Origin: Candidatus Latescibacterota bacterium
Lineage (GTDB): Bacteria; Latescibacterota; UBA2968; UBA8231
DNA: 64,000 nucleotides
Direction: 5' to 3'
NCBI GenBank assembly: GCA_965219385.1
Contig: CBDCNM010000002.1
Coordinates: forward strand, 3,854,305-3,918,304
The notes under the pieces were generated by a model, which was not told the DNA's origin, did not search any database, and saw nothing but the letters and a program-made list of their open reading frames with translations. The stretch's first letter is position 1. The number at the start of each line of letters is the position of its first letter. Shown piece after piece: positions 8,316 to 17,238 of the stretch. The translations under genes and the position numbers were made by a program.

Positions 8316-9494
8316 TCAGGGTTGCTGGCGCAAAAGGGTATGAACCAGTGACCACAACTGCTGCAGATCCGGCACGACTTCCTTCCATACCACCTCGAAT
8401 GAGCGCCACTTCAGCTTCAGGTTCACGTGGCGGAACAGCCCTACTATTACCACCAGAGGTTCCGGGGCATTGGGCAAATCCCGGCTCAGGGCCAGGCTTT
8501 CGGTAAACAAGACCTTATCATCCGTCTCGCTGTGCACGATCAACAGCCGGGCTTTAATTCCAGAAGTATAATGATAGAGGGAGAAGGTGTCTATCCAGGC
8601 GTGGACCGAGGTCGGCACGGTGGCATAGAGCGAATCGAAGCGCGCCGGGTCTTCGTTGTCTATAAAAACCAGCAGGCTCTGCTCGGCCTCGGAAAAGCCG
8701 GAGAGGACGGGGCGAATATCCAGGGTGGGGTTATCTTTTTTGCTGTCGAGGAAGCGGATGTAGGCCTGGCGCGAAGGAGAATCCGGCAGGAGGTGCATGT
8801 TGCCGCGCAGGAACTTCCACCGGTTTTGCCGGTTTTTGGAAAGGTCCACTTTTCTCTCGAAACCCTCGGCATCGCCGGCGCCGCCGGTGAGGGTGTAGCA
8901 CAAGGTTCGCTTCAGGTCGTAATACCCGGCAAAAATGAGGGCAAAACGCACCTGGTCGCAGGTGGGGGGGCGACTGATGGCAATCAGTACGGGACCGGCC
9001 CCGAAACTGGGGGCAACGACGCCGACCCGGGTCGAGTCCACCCCGGGCATCCGGCGCAGGGTGTCCAGGCAGGCTGCCATGGCTTCCACATCCTCAAAGC
9101 CCAGACGGTAGGTTTTCATCTGCTGCAGGTCGGGAGCCAATACCACGAAACCCGCTCGGGCAAGGCGGCGGGCGTGCGCCCGGACGCGCGGGTCCTGGTT
9201 GCCGAGGTGGGCCAGGCCGTGGGTGAATACGATGGCGGCGGTCGGAGCGGTGGAAGGGGGACGATAGAGATCAAATGGGACCTGGGTGCCGTCGCCGACG
9301 ACCAGGGTGTGGCTGGAGATACCTGGAGGAAAGGTCAGGAGTTTGTACAGGGAAGAGTCGTCTTCGCCAAGGGCGTCAACCACGAAGAGGGTGGTCCACA
9401 CAGCATCGCGGACAGGAGTGAACAGCAGGGCAATCCCGGCCAGGACGATCGCCGTGAGCAGGACCCGCAGGACCCATCGGAGCCATCGTCGCAT
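8316..9494 (-). CDS. Membrane-anchored alpha/beta hydrolase
   Basis: N-terminal TM helix, FTHG, LARAGFVVLAPD, nucleophile elbow APSFGA, HSETDD and a late His. ATG overlaps the upstream TGA. Confidence 0.75.
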   Translation of the reverse strand: MRRWLRWVLRVLLTAIVLAGIALLFTPVRDAVWTTLFVVDALGEDDSSLYKLLTFPPGISSHTLVVGDGTQVPFDLYRPPSTAPTAAIVFTHGLAHLGNQDPRVRAHARRLARAGFVVLAPDLQQMKTYRLGFEDVEAMAACLDTLRRMPGVDSTRVGVVAPSFGAGPVLIAISRPPTCDQVRFALIFAGYYDLKRTLCYTLTGGAGDAEGFERKVDLSKNRQNRWKFLRGNMHLLPDSPSRQAYIRFLDSKKDNPTLDIRPVLSGFSEAEQSLLVFIDNEDPARFDSLYATVPTSVHAWIDTFSLYHYTSGIKARLLIVHSETDDKVLFTESLALSRDLPNAPEPLVVIVGLFRHVNLKLKWRSFEVVWKEVVPDLQQLWSLVHTLLRQQP

Positions 9495-10501
9495 CAGTAG
9501 GGCTCGTCGATGCGCAGAAACTCTCCGTTGCACCGGGCGGATTCCTGGGCCACCAGACAGGCTTTGGACACGGCCAGGACATCGCGGGTGGGGATGAACA
9601 ACTCGGTGCCGCGTTCGAGCGCCTGGATCATATCCTGTACGAATGCAGCACCCCGATCGGGTGGCAACTTCGCTTCCCGGGTCCCCTTTTTATCGGAAAC
9701 AATCAGCAGATGGTCGCCGGCGTAAGCCCGCAGGTGGGCCGATCCCTGGGTGCCCATCAGGATGAAACGGGTATCGCCAAAGGAAGACGAGGCCTGGGGC
9801 GTCAGCCAGTCGGCCGTCAGGGTGGCCAGGGAGCCGTTGCTCAGCTGGAACGAGGCCTGGACGTGGTCAATGAGCGGGGGTTCCTCCACGAACTTCTTGC
9901 AGGTTTGCAGGGCGTGCACCCCTACGCACTCGGCCCCGGTCAGCCAGCGCACCTGGTCCACCCCGTGGCAGGCCACATCGTGGAAGGTGCCGGTGTAGGC
10001 CTCGGGGTCAAAGTACCAGGCCGGGCCGCCCTGGCGGGTGAGTTTGTGGGGGTGGGTGGAGATCAGGCTGACGATCTCGCCCAGATCCCCCTCGAGCACG
10101 GCCTGGCGCAGGGCGATGAAGGGGGGATAGCTGCGCGCAGTAAACCACATGGATAGCTCGGTGCCGTGCTCTTTGACCGCGCCGCGGATGCACTCCCAGT
10201 CCTGCAGGGTGCGGCACAGGGGTTTGTCCAGCAGGACGTGGGCCCCGGCCGCGGCACAAGCCTCGATCAGTCCTGCCTTCTCCGCGTGCACCACCCCTTC
10301 CAGCACCAGCTGGGGGTGCGCCTCTCCCAGCATCTCTTCCAGACTGTGGTAGCGCGGGATGGAATGCTTCTGGGTGTAGCGCCGGTAGAGTCCGTCGTCT
10401 GTTTCCACCAGGCCGACCAGTTCCGCGTCCGGGGCCTTCAGGGCTGTCTGCAGCATCCCGCCGATGTGTCCGTAGTGTACCCCCATTATGCCGATGCGCA
10501 T
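9494..10501 (-). CDS. Gfo/Idh/MocA family oxidoreductase
   Basis: RIGIMG, HVLLDKP and DVACHGVD motifs; GAGGAG RBS before ATG 10501. Confidence 0.9.
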   Translation of the reverse strand: MRIGIMGVHYGHIGGMLQTALKAPDAELVGLVETDDGLYRRYTQKHSIPRYHSLEEMLGEAHPQLVLEGVVHAEKAGLIEACAAAGAHVLLDKPLCRTLQDWECIRGAVKEHGTELSMWFTARSYPPFIALRQAVLEGDLGEIVSLISTHPHKLTRQGGPAWYFDPEAYTGTFHDVACHGVDQVRWLTGAECVGVHALQTCKKFVEEPPLIDHVQASFQLSNGSLATLTADWLTPQASSSFGDTRFILMGTQGSAHLRAYAGDHLLIVSDKKGTREAKLPPDRGAAFVQDMIQALERGTELFIPTRDVLAVSKACLVAQESARCNGEFLRIDEPY

Positions 10502-10532
10502 GGTGTACTCCTCGTGTCGAATGTGGTGGATA

Positions 10533-10561
10533 ATTATGGAGCGGGAAAGGGTTCCTGTCAA
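10533..10561 (-). promoter_or_regulatory. Sigma70-type promoter for the Gfo-hydrolase-Omp85-acyltransferase-MFS unit
   Basis: Minus strand TTGACA-N17-CATAAT. Confidence 0.65.
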
Positions 10562-10653
10562 TATCGCTACCTGGCGAACGGCGCGATTTTGACTCTGGAG
10601 GTCAGCCAGCTGCTGCACCACCATGCTCCGGGCGAGGATATGCGGCTGTGGCT

Positions 10654-11292
10654 CTACGGCACCAGCTGGGGGGGCGCCGAACGGTTTTGTTCGATATGGT
10701 CCCGGATCGCCGTGGCGGTTTGTTCTATCGCGGCCTTGCCGTCCACCACCAGTTCGGCGAACCTTTGTGTGGGCCGGATGTGTTGTTCGTACATGGGGCG
10801 CACGGTCTGTCGATACTGGGCGAGCGCGGATTCGGGAGTGCGGCCCCGCTCGCGGGTATCGCGCTCAAGGCGGCGCTCCAGGCAGACGGGGTCGGTAGCG
10901 CGGATGTAGATCCGGGTGTTCAGCAGGGAGCGGACCGCTTCCCAGTAGAGGACGAAGAGTCCCTCGACGATGAGGTAGTCGCCCGGTTCCACCTTTTGGC
11001 CCTGAGGGGCGCGGATGTGTTCGGGGAACAGGTAGACCGGTTTTTCGACTGCCTGCCCTCGAGTCAGGCCCCGCAGGTTGTGCAAGAGCGGCTCGCGGTC
11101 CAGGGCCTCGGGGTGGTCGAAGTTGAAGTGGCACCTGTCGGCTAGAGGGAGGTGGGAAAGGTCGCGGTAGTAGGCGTCCAGGGGCAGGACGGTGGTGGTG
11201 CCCGGCAGCAGATCCGCTAGGCGTACTGCCAGGGTGGTCTTGCCCGAACAAGAGGGGCCGGCCAGGCCGATCGCGTAGGGAGAGGCCATCAT
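10654..11292 (-). CDS. udk: Uridine kinase
   Basis: IGLAGPSCSGKTT, LDAYYRD, NFDHPEA, RRLERDTRERGRT and VRPMYEQHIRPT. Confidence 0.93.
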   Translation of the reverse strand: MMASPYAIGLAGPSCSGKTTLAVRLADLLPGTTTVLPLDAYYRDLSHLPLADRCHFNFDHPEALDREPLLHNLRGLTRGQAVEKPVYLFPEHIRAPQGQKVEPGDYLIVEGLFVLYWEAVRSLLNTRIYIRATDPVCLERRLERDTRERGRTPESALAQYRQTVRPMYEQHIRPTQRFAELVVDGKAAIEQTATAIRDHIEQNRSAPPQLVP

Positions 11293-13007
11293 GAGGGGGT
11301 GCGGAAATAGGCGGCGATGGCTTTGGTGTCCAGGGTGTTGATCACGTCTTGGGGGCGCAGCCAGCCCTTGCGGGCTATACCGACGCCGAATTGGAGGTGC
11401 CGGAGGCCTTCGATGCGGTGGGCATCGGTATTGATGGCGATCTTGACGCCCCGGTCCCGGGCCGGGCGCAGCTGGCGCCAGTCCATGTCCAGGCGGTGGG
11501 GATTGGCGTTGATTTCGAGGGCGACGCGGTGCTGGGCCGCGGCCTCGATCACGGCGTCGACGTCCACCGGATAGCCTTCGCGATCGAGCAGGAGGCGGCC
11601 GGTGAGATGGCCGACGATGGTGCTGGAGGGGTGCTCGATGGCGCGGATCAGGCGCCGGGTCATTTCCTTTTCATTCATATTAAAGCGCGAGTGCACCGAG
11701 ACCACGATGAAGTCGAAGCGTTCGAGCACGGCATCGCGGTAGTCGAGGGCGCCGTCGGCCAGGATATCCGACTCGATGCCTTTGAAGATGTGCAACCCTT
11801 CGAGTTTCTGGTTGAGCGCGTCGATCTCTTGGTGCTGCCGCAGGATGTCGTCCTCCTGCAGGCCGCCGGCATAGGCGGCCGAGCGGCTGTGGTCGCAAAT
11901 CCCCATATATTCATACCCCATTTCCCGCACTGCGCCGGCCATGGCCTCGAGGGAATCGCTGCCGTCGCTGTAGGTGGAGTGGATGTGCAGCATGCCGCGG
12001 ATGTCTTCCGAGCGCACCAGGGTGGGCAGGTCATCCTGGGCCGCGGCCTCGATTTCGCCCAGACCTTCGCGCAGTTCCGGGGGGATATAGCTCAGGTCCA
12101 GGTGGGCAAAGAGCGCGGCCTCATCGGCGGCTTCGCGCCGTTCCTGGTCGCTGAAGAGCCCGTACTCGTTCAGCTTGAGGCCCATGGCCTGGGCCCGGGC
12201 TCGCAGTTCCACATTGTGCTCGGCGCTACCGGTAAAATGGTGCAGGATATAGGGGAACTGGTGATCCTCGACGATGCGCAGATCGGCCTGGATGCCGCCG
12301 TCGAGGAGGACGGTGGTGTTGGTTTCGCCCCGGGCCACGACTTCGATCACATTTTCGTGCTCGGCAAGGGCCTGGGAGATGGCGGCGGGGTGCGCGGAAC
12401 TGAGCACCAGGTCGATGTCTTTGACGATTTCCTTGCGGCGCCTGAGACTACCGGCGAGGCTGAGGCGGATGGTGTGAGGATGGGCTTTGAGGGTAGCGCA
12501 GAGGGCCCGGGCAGCCTCCAGGGCCACATCGGCGCGAAAGCGGTCCTGGTAGGTCCGCAAGTGTTCGATGCCTTTGAGGATGTTCGCCTGGGTCTTGGAG
12601 CCAAAACCGCTCAGGCCGCTGAGCCGGTCTTGGCGGCAGGCGGCCTCCAGGGCTTCGAGGGTATCGAGGCCGAGTTGTGCGTGGACGGCCCGAATCTTTT
12701 TGGGGCCGAGGCCCTGGATCCTCAGCATGTCCAGCAGACCGGGAGGAATCGAGGCTTTCGCCTCCTCGAATTCCCGGGCGGTGCCGGTGCGGATGAACTC
12801 GCCCACCAGATCGGCCACTCCCTGGCCCGCCCCTTTGACGGATTGCAGGGTACCCCGGGCTACCATCTCCTCGATATCCTGCTCCAGCATCTCGAAGGTG
12901 CGAGTGGCATTGGTATAGGCGCGAATGCGAAAGGCATTGGCGCCCTTCAACTCCAAAAGGACGCTGAATTCTTTGAGAAAAGCGGCCACTTCCTGGTTGG
13001 AAGCCAT
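11289..13007 (-). CDS. polX: DNA polymerase X / PHP 3'-5' exonuclease
   Basis: NAFRIRAY, GLGPKK, AGSLRR, KDIDL, DLR and HFTGSAEHN; PHP motifs HIHSTYSDG, DHS and NTDAH. Confidence 0.96.
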   Translation of the reverse strand: MASNQEVAAFLKEFSVLLELKGANAFRIRAYTNATRTFEMLEQDIEEMVARGTLQSVKGAGQGVADLVGEFIRTGTAREFEEAKASIPPGLLDMLRIQGLGPKKIRAVHAQLGLDTLEALEAACRQDRLSGLSGFGSKTQANILKGIEHLRTYQDRFRADVALEAARALCATLKAHPHTIRLSLAGSLRRRKEIVKDIDLVLSSAHPAAISQALAEHENVIEVVARGETNTTVLLDGGIQADLRIVEDHQFPYILHHFTGSAEHNVELRARAQAMGLKLNEYGLFSDQERREAADEAALFAHLDLSYIPPELREGLGEIEAAAQDDLPTLVRSEDIRGMLHIHSTYSDGSDSLEAMAGAVREMGYEYMGICDHSRSAAYAGGLQEDDILRQHQEIDALNQKLEGLHIFKGIESDILADGALDYRDAVLERFDFIVVSVHSRFNMNEKEMTRRLIRAIEHPSSTIVGHLTGRLLLDREGYPVDVDAVIEAAAQHRVALEINANPHRLDMDWRQLRPARDRGVKIAINTDAHRIEGLRHLQFGVGIARKGWLRPQDVINTLDTKAIAAYFRTPS

Positions 13008-13008
13008 A

Positions 13009-13791
13009 TCAGCCCACCTCGGCGATCAGTTTGAGCATCTCCCGGGTCAGCTGCGGGTTGCCGGCTACCAGTCCTCCTCTGATGAGGAAGTCCTCCTGGT
13101 TGTAGCGGCGGATCTGGCTCTCCAGGTCGAGCATGCGGCCCCCGGCCTCGCGCACCAGGAGATCGCCGGCACACACATCCCATTCGTTCTTGGGCTGCAC
13201 ACTGATGTTGAGGTCGGCCTGGCCAGCGGCGACCAGGGCCAGTTTATAGGCCACGCTGCCGACGGGGCGCACCTCCCGCAAATGCGGCAGGAAGGGGTCG
13301 ATTTTGCCCCTTTGGGTCTCGCTGCGGCTGACGATCAGGGTGGCCTGGTCGAGCCGGGGGGCTTCGCTGCAGAAGGTCCGTTTGCCGTTGAGGAAGGCGC
13401 CTCCATTCCGGGTGGCGAGGAAGAGGTCATCGCCGGCCGGTTTGTATATGGCGGCGAGGGTGGGCACGCCGCCTTCGACCAGGGCGATGGAGACCACGAA
13501 TTCGGGTATTCCCTCGAGGAATTCCCTGGTGCCGTCGATGGGGTCGACGATCCAGACCGCTTCTCTGTCCAGGCGGGCGGGGTCGTCGGCTGTTTCCTCG
13601 GAGAGCCAGCCATAGTCCGGGGAGGGCTCCAGGAGCATTTTTTTCAGGCATTCGTCGGCTTCCGCGTCGGCGGTGGTAACCGGATTGTCGTGTCCTTTGT
13701 CGCGGACATCGTAGCTGCCGCCGTAGTATTTGAGGATGATGCTACCGGCGGTGCGAGCCGCGTCCATGGCCAGTTTCAGTCCGTCTCTCAT
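13009..13791 (-). CDS. Inositol monophosphatase family protein (CysQ-like 3',5'-bisphosphate nucleotidase)
   Basis: PVTTAD, LSEE, WIVDPIDGTREF and EWDVCAG motifs. Confidence 0.88.
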   Translation of the reverse strand: MRDGLKLAMDAARTAGSIILKYYGGSYDVRDKGHDNPVTTADAEADECLKKMLLEPSPDYGWLSEETADDPARLDREAVWIVDPIDGTREFLEGIPEFVVSIALVEGGVPTLAAIYKPAGDDLFLATRNGGAFLNGKRTFCSEAPRLDQATLIVSRSETQRGKIDPFLPHLREVRPVGSVAYKLALVAAGQADLNISVQPKNEWDVCAGDLLVREAGGRMLDLESQIRRYNQEDFLIRGGLVAGNPQLTREMLKLIAEVG

Positions 13792-13867
13792 CGGGGGGGT
13801 CTCCGAGTGTGGAGTGCAAGGTTCAATATAGGGGCGCAGCCGCGATGTGCAAAGTATTGAGCTCGTC

Positions 13868-13896
13868 TTGACACAGACGGGCCACAAGCATAGATT
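13868..13896 (+). promoter_or_regulatory. Sigma70-type promoter
   Basis: TTGACA (13868-13873), N17, TAGATT (13891-13896), upstream of the 13927 CDS. Confidence 0.6.
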
Positions 13897-13926
13897 AATT
13901 CAGATCAAAGATTTACGAACAGTGAA

Positions 13927-14652
13927 ATGGAGGCTCTGATGCGCTTTTTCCTGGGGGTGGTATTAGCGGCCCTAATGGCCCTTCAAGCCGCGGTGCCGGC
14001 CCCTGCCGCGGGCAACGCCGGCAAGGTCAAAGACAAACTGGACAAGTTACAGGAAGAAGACCTGTGGGGCGAGGCCGTGCTGGAGGGCGGACGGATTCGC
14101 TCCATCAAGGTGGATTCCCTGTCCGCGGACAGCGTGTCCGTGCGCGAAGTGTTGGGCCCCTTGCAGGAGCGCCCCGCGGTCTATGCCCTGAGCGAAATCC
14201 GTTCCCTACGAGAGCTGGGCTCTCATCGGATCCCGCTGAGGCGGGCTCCTTACCAGGGGCGGAAATCCATGATCATAGCCCTGACCCTGGAAATCCTTCC
14301 GGCGGCCGGAGGTCTGGGGTATTATTACCGCGATGAGTCTGGTAAAGATCTCGTCTTGCTGGGGTCTGTGATAGCCCCTTCGGGCTTGGGCTACTTCTAT
14401 GCGGGGGAATCCCGGCAGGGACTCGCCCTGCTGGGGTTTGCCGCCGCCATCTCCGCAACCGGCATAGCCACGAAAAAGGATGGGGTTGCCGCCTGGGTTC
14501 CGCTTGGCGCCTGGGTCAAAATAGGTTCACTGCTCCATCTCTACGACCAAATCAAGGCGGTGAACGCGGTCCACCGCGAGGGCATCGCCGTGGGCCTTGG
14601 TCCTGGATTGGAATCGTCCCATCCAACCCTGCGGTTCAGCTGGTCGTTTTAA
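13927..14652 (+). CDS. Exported/membrane hypothetical protein
   Basis: Signal peptide, duplicated GLGY(Y/F)Y motif, hydrophobic segments and C-terminal FSWSF. Confidence 0.65.
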   Translation: MEALMRFFLGVVLAALMALQAAVPAPAAGNAGKVKDKLDKLQEEDLWGEAVLEGGRIRSIKVDSLSADSVSVREVLGPLQERPAVYALSEIRSLRELGSHRIPLRRAPYQGRKSMIIALTLEILPAAGGLGYYYRDESGKDLVLLGSVIAPSGLGYFYAGESRQGLALLGFAAAISATGIATKKDGVAAWVPLGAWVKIGSLLHLYDQIKAVNAVHREGIAVGLGPGLESSHPTLRFSWSF

Positions 14653-14684
14653 TCCCAGCCAGATTTTTTGCTTTGCCGACTTTC

Positions 14685-15494
14685 TCACCAGCCCCTCCTC
14701 AACGCGGCGGTCTCGCGCGCAAAGCGCTCCTCTTCGGTCCTACCCTTGGGACTACCGGCTTGCCAGATCATTTTTTCTAGCCGCTGGATGCGTTCCTCGG
14801 TGGCCGGATGGGAGGCCATGAGGTTGTCCAAACCGCTACGCTTGCCCCGTTCCAGCCTTTTTATCTTTTGAAAAAAGGTGAGTAGGCCCCGGGGATCGTA
14901 CCCGGCGGCGATCAGGTACTTGGCCCCGTATTCATCGGCCTCGCGCTCGTCGTCCCTGCTGAAGAAGGCCTGGGCACCGGCGCTGAACCACTCGGTCATC
15001 CGGGCTATTTCCTCGGGATTGTCGCCCAGGGCCACGCTGGTCAGGACGGCCAGCCCGTACTGGGCGGCCAGTTGGTTGGCCGAGTGGCGGCCGACCACGT
15101 GGCCGACTTCGTGGGCCAGGACCCCGGCTACTTCGGCTTCGTTTTCGGCCAGCAGAAGAAGGCCCGTGTACAGGTAGAGGAAGCCGCCGGGCACGGCAAA
15201 GGCGTTGACCTGTTCGGGATTGTCGAGGACGGTGATGGCGTAGGTGATGCCCGGGCGGTCCGCCAGGCTGTGGCGCACGAGGGGTTCGGCGATCTGGCGG
15301 ATATAGGCCTGGAGGCGGCGGTCGGGATGGACCTTTTCCCGCGCTTCGATCTGAGCGGCCATCTTTTCGCCCAGTTCGATCTCGGTCTTCTGCGGCACCA
15401 GGACCGTGCCCAGGTGCTGGCGCACGGCAGCGCAGCCTGTCAGGCCACCGCCCAGCAGCAGGACCGTCAGGGCAAGGTTGAGGTATGGTTTCAT
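14685..15494 (-). CDS. M48 family metalloprotease lipoprotein (BepA/LoiP-like)
   Basis: Lipobox LTGC, VNAFAVPGG, LAHEVGH (HExxH), EREAD and ASHP. ATG overlaps the SDR stop (ATGA). Confidence 0.92.
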   Translation of the reverse strand: MKPYLNLALTVLLLGGGLTGCAAVRQHLGTVLVPQKTEIELGEKMAAQIEAREKVHPDRRLQAYIRQIAEPLVRHSLADRPGITYAITVLDNPEQVNAFAVPGGFLYLYTGLLLLAENEAEVAGVLAHEVGHVVGRHSANQLAAQYGLAVLTSVALGDNPEEIARMTEWFSAGAQAFFSRDDEREADEYGAKYLIAAGYDPRGLLTFFQKIKRLERGKRSGLDNLMASHPATEERIQRLEKMIWQAGSPKGRTEEERFARETAALRRGW

Positions 15495-16219
15495 CGAGGC
15501 GCACCTTTTTGCTTTTTGCCGCCAAACTCTATCACGCGTTTTTGCGGCGACAGGTTGATCTCGTCGAAAACCGTTCCCGGGCGGGCCGCGAGAATCATGG
15601 ATACCGCCTGTGCCACGTCCTCGGGCAGGACGAAATTGGCGGGATCGGGGCCAGGGGCAAAGTCCAGTTCGTCGAAGAAGGGGGTTCGCACCATGCCCGG
15701 GTTGACGATGGAGACCCGCAATCCGGCGCGGGGGCATTCCTGGCGCAGGGCCTGGGCAAAACCGCGCAGGGCAAATTTGCTGGCGCAGTACAGCGAGCCC
15801 TTCTGGGTACCCTGCAGAGCCGCCTCGGAACCTATGAAGACCAGGTCGCCGCGGCCGGCCTTTTTGAGCAGGGGCAGGAAGGCCCGCACCAAAAAGGCAT
15901 GGCTGGTGAAATTGAGGTCCATCAAGCCGCGGATGCGGGCGTAGGAGAACTCTTCCAGCGCGCCGAAGCGGCCCTGGCCGGCATTGCAGATCAAGGCGTC
16001 GACCTGAGGGTGGGTCGCGGTGAGGTCGCGCAGGTGGCCGGGCAGGGTTTCGAGGTCGGACAGGTCCAGGGTATGCCTTGCGAAACGCGGGTCGGCACAG
16101 GGAAACTTGCCGAAGTCCCGGGCCAGGCCCACGACCTGATGACCTGCTTCCAGGAGGGTTTCGCAAATGGTCCGGCCGATTCCCGAGCTGGCGCCGGTGA
16201 CGAGGATTTGTCGCGACAT
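15491..16219 (-). CDS. Short-chain dehydrogenase/reductase
   Basis: TGASSGIG, CNAG, YCASK and NPGMVRT motifs. Confidence 0.92.
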   Translation of the reverse strand: MSRQILVTGASSGIGRTICETLLEAGHQVVGLARDFGKFPCADPRFARHTLDLSDLETLPGHLRDLTATHPQVDALICNAGQGRFGALEEFSYARIRGLMDLNFTSHAFLVRAFLPLLKKAGRGDLVFIGSEAALQGTQKGSLYCASKFALRGFAQALRQECPRAGLRVSIVNPGMVRTPFFDELDFAPGPDPANFVLPEDVAQAVSMILAARPGTVFDEINLSPQKRVIEFGGKKQKGAPR

Positions 16220-16220
16220 A

Positions 16221-17234
16221 TCAGGCAGGGGCCGGCAGGATGGTGGAGGCGCAGGGGAAGAATACTTCTTCCGGGATGTAGCGCCGCAGTTCCCGAGTGC
16301 AGAAATCGTGCAGTTCCAGGGCCAGTTCCTCCCGGTAGGAGAAAACGCCGTGCTTTTCTTCCAGTCCGTGCGCCAGAAGTTTTTCGTCGGGATAGAGTTG
16401 ATACAGGGTTTTGTAGTGGCCCCGGGGCAGCCGGAACAGGCCCAAACTGACCGAGTGCAGGGCCTCTATGTTCAGGCGCTCAAAAACCACGGCGAAGAGC
16501 TGTCGGTAATGCTCCTGGTAGTTTGCATGCAGGATCAAGGGATCAAAGCGCACTCCCAAAGGCCAGCCACGTTCCTGGATTTGTGCCATGGCTTCGAGGC
16601 GGCGATGCACCGGAGGGGCGCCGACCTCGAAGCCATCGGCTACCGGAGGGGGCGTCAGGCTGAAGGCCACAATGCAGTTGGGCAGGGGCCTGGTGCCCAG
16701 CAGAGGGTGAAGGCGCACGCTTTTGGTGCGCAGTTCAAAGAAAGCCCGGGGATGGGCGGCGAAAAATTCCAGAAACGAACCCGCGAATCGGGTAATGGAT
16801 TCCAGAGCCAGGCTGTCACAGTCATAGCCGGAGAAGAAGTAAGGGGTCTGTCCGGCGTCTTCTTGGATCTGCTGGGCGATGTGATGCTGGAAATCCTCGT
16901 AGTTGACAAAGACCACCATGTGGGCCGAGCGGTACATGCCCTGGAGAAAGCAATAGCGGCAATCGTACACACAGTTGAGCATGTGCGAAAAGTAGTAGTT
17001 GCGGTCTCCGCCGATGCCGTAGCCGGGCGGGGCCTTGAGCACCAAGCGGCCGCGTTTGGCCGCCAGAATCAGGGCCGGCCGCTGCTTTTGCAGGCGGAAG
17101 TTCTGGGCCCTGCGGTTAAAGACCTCGCCGTAGCGTTCGCAGGGTATACAGGTGGCCCGGGAAAAGCGGGCACAAATTCTGCGGACGCGCGGGTGGTCGC
17201 GGACGGCCTCTTCGATGTAGATGAAGTCGAACAT
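16221..17234 (-). CDS. Spore photoproduct lyase-like radical SAM protein
   Basis: NCVYDCRYCFLQG (CxxxCxxC), DSLALE, FELRTKS, AFSLTP and RFDPLI, all typical of the SplB family; start re-assigned to ATG 17234. Confidence 0.88.
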   Translation of the reverse strand: MFDFIYIEEAVRDHPRVRRICARFSRATCIPCERYGEVFNRRAQNFRLQKQRPALILAAKRGRLVLKAPPGYGIGGDRNYYFSHMLNCVYDCRYCFLQGMYRSAHMVVFVNYEDFQHHIAQQIQEDAGQTPYFFSGYDCDSLALESITRFAGSFLEFFAAHPRAFFELRTKSVRLHPLLGTRPLPNCIVAFSLTPPPVADGFEVGAPPVHRRLEAMAQIQERGWPLGVRFDPLILHANYQEHYRQLFAVVFERLNIEALHSVSLGLFRLPRGHYKTLYQLYPDEKLLAHGLEEKHGVFSYREELALELHDFCTRELRRYIPEEVFFPCASTILPAPA

Positions 17235-17238
17235 GGCT

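Noticed and set aside
11349..13034. Long antisense ORFs (e.g. 11349-13034, 36416-37876, 29265-30533, 6049-7149, 62760-63914)
   Set aside because: They are shadow frames opposite well-supported genes in high-GC DNA and carry no family motifs.
14685..16166. 493-aa ORF as an SDR-M48 fusion
   Set aside because: The upstream part is an alternative frame of the SDR gene; M48 has its own ATG and lipoprotein signal at 15494.
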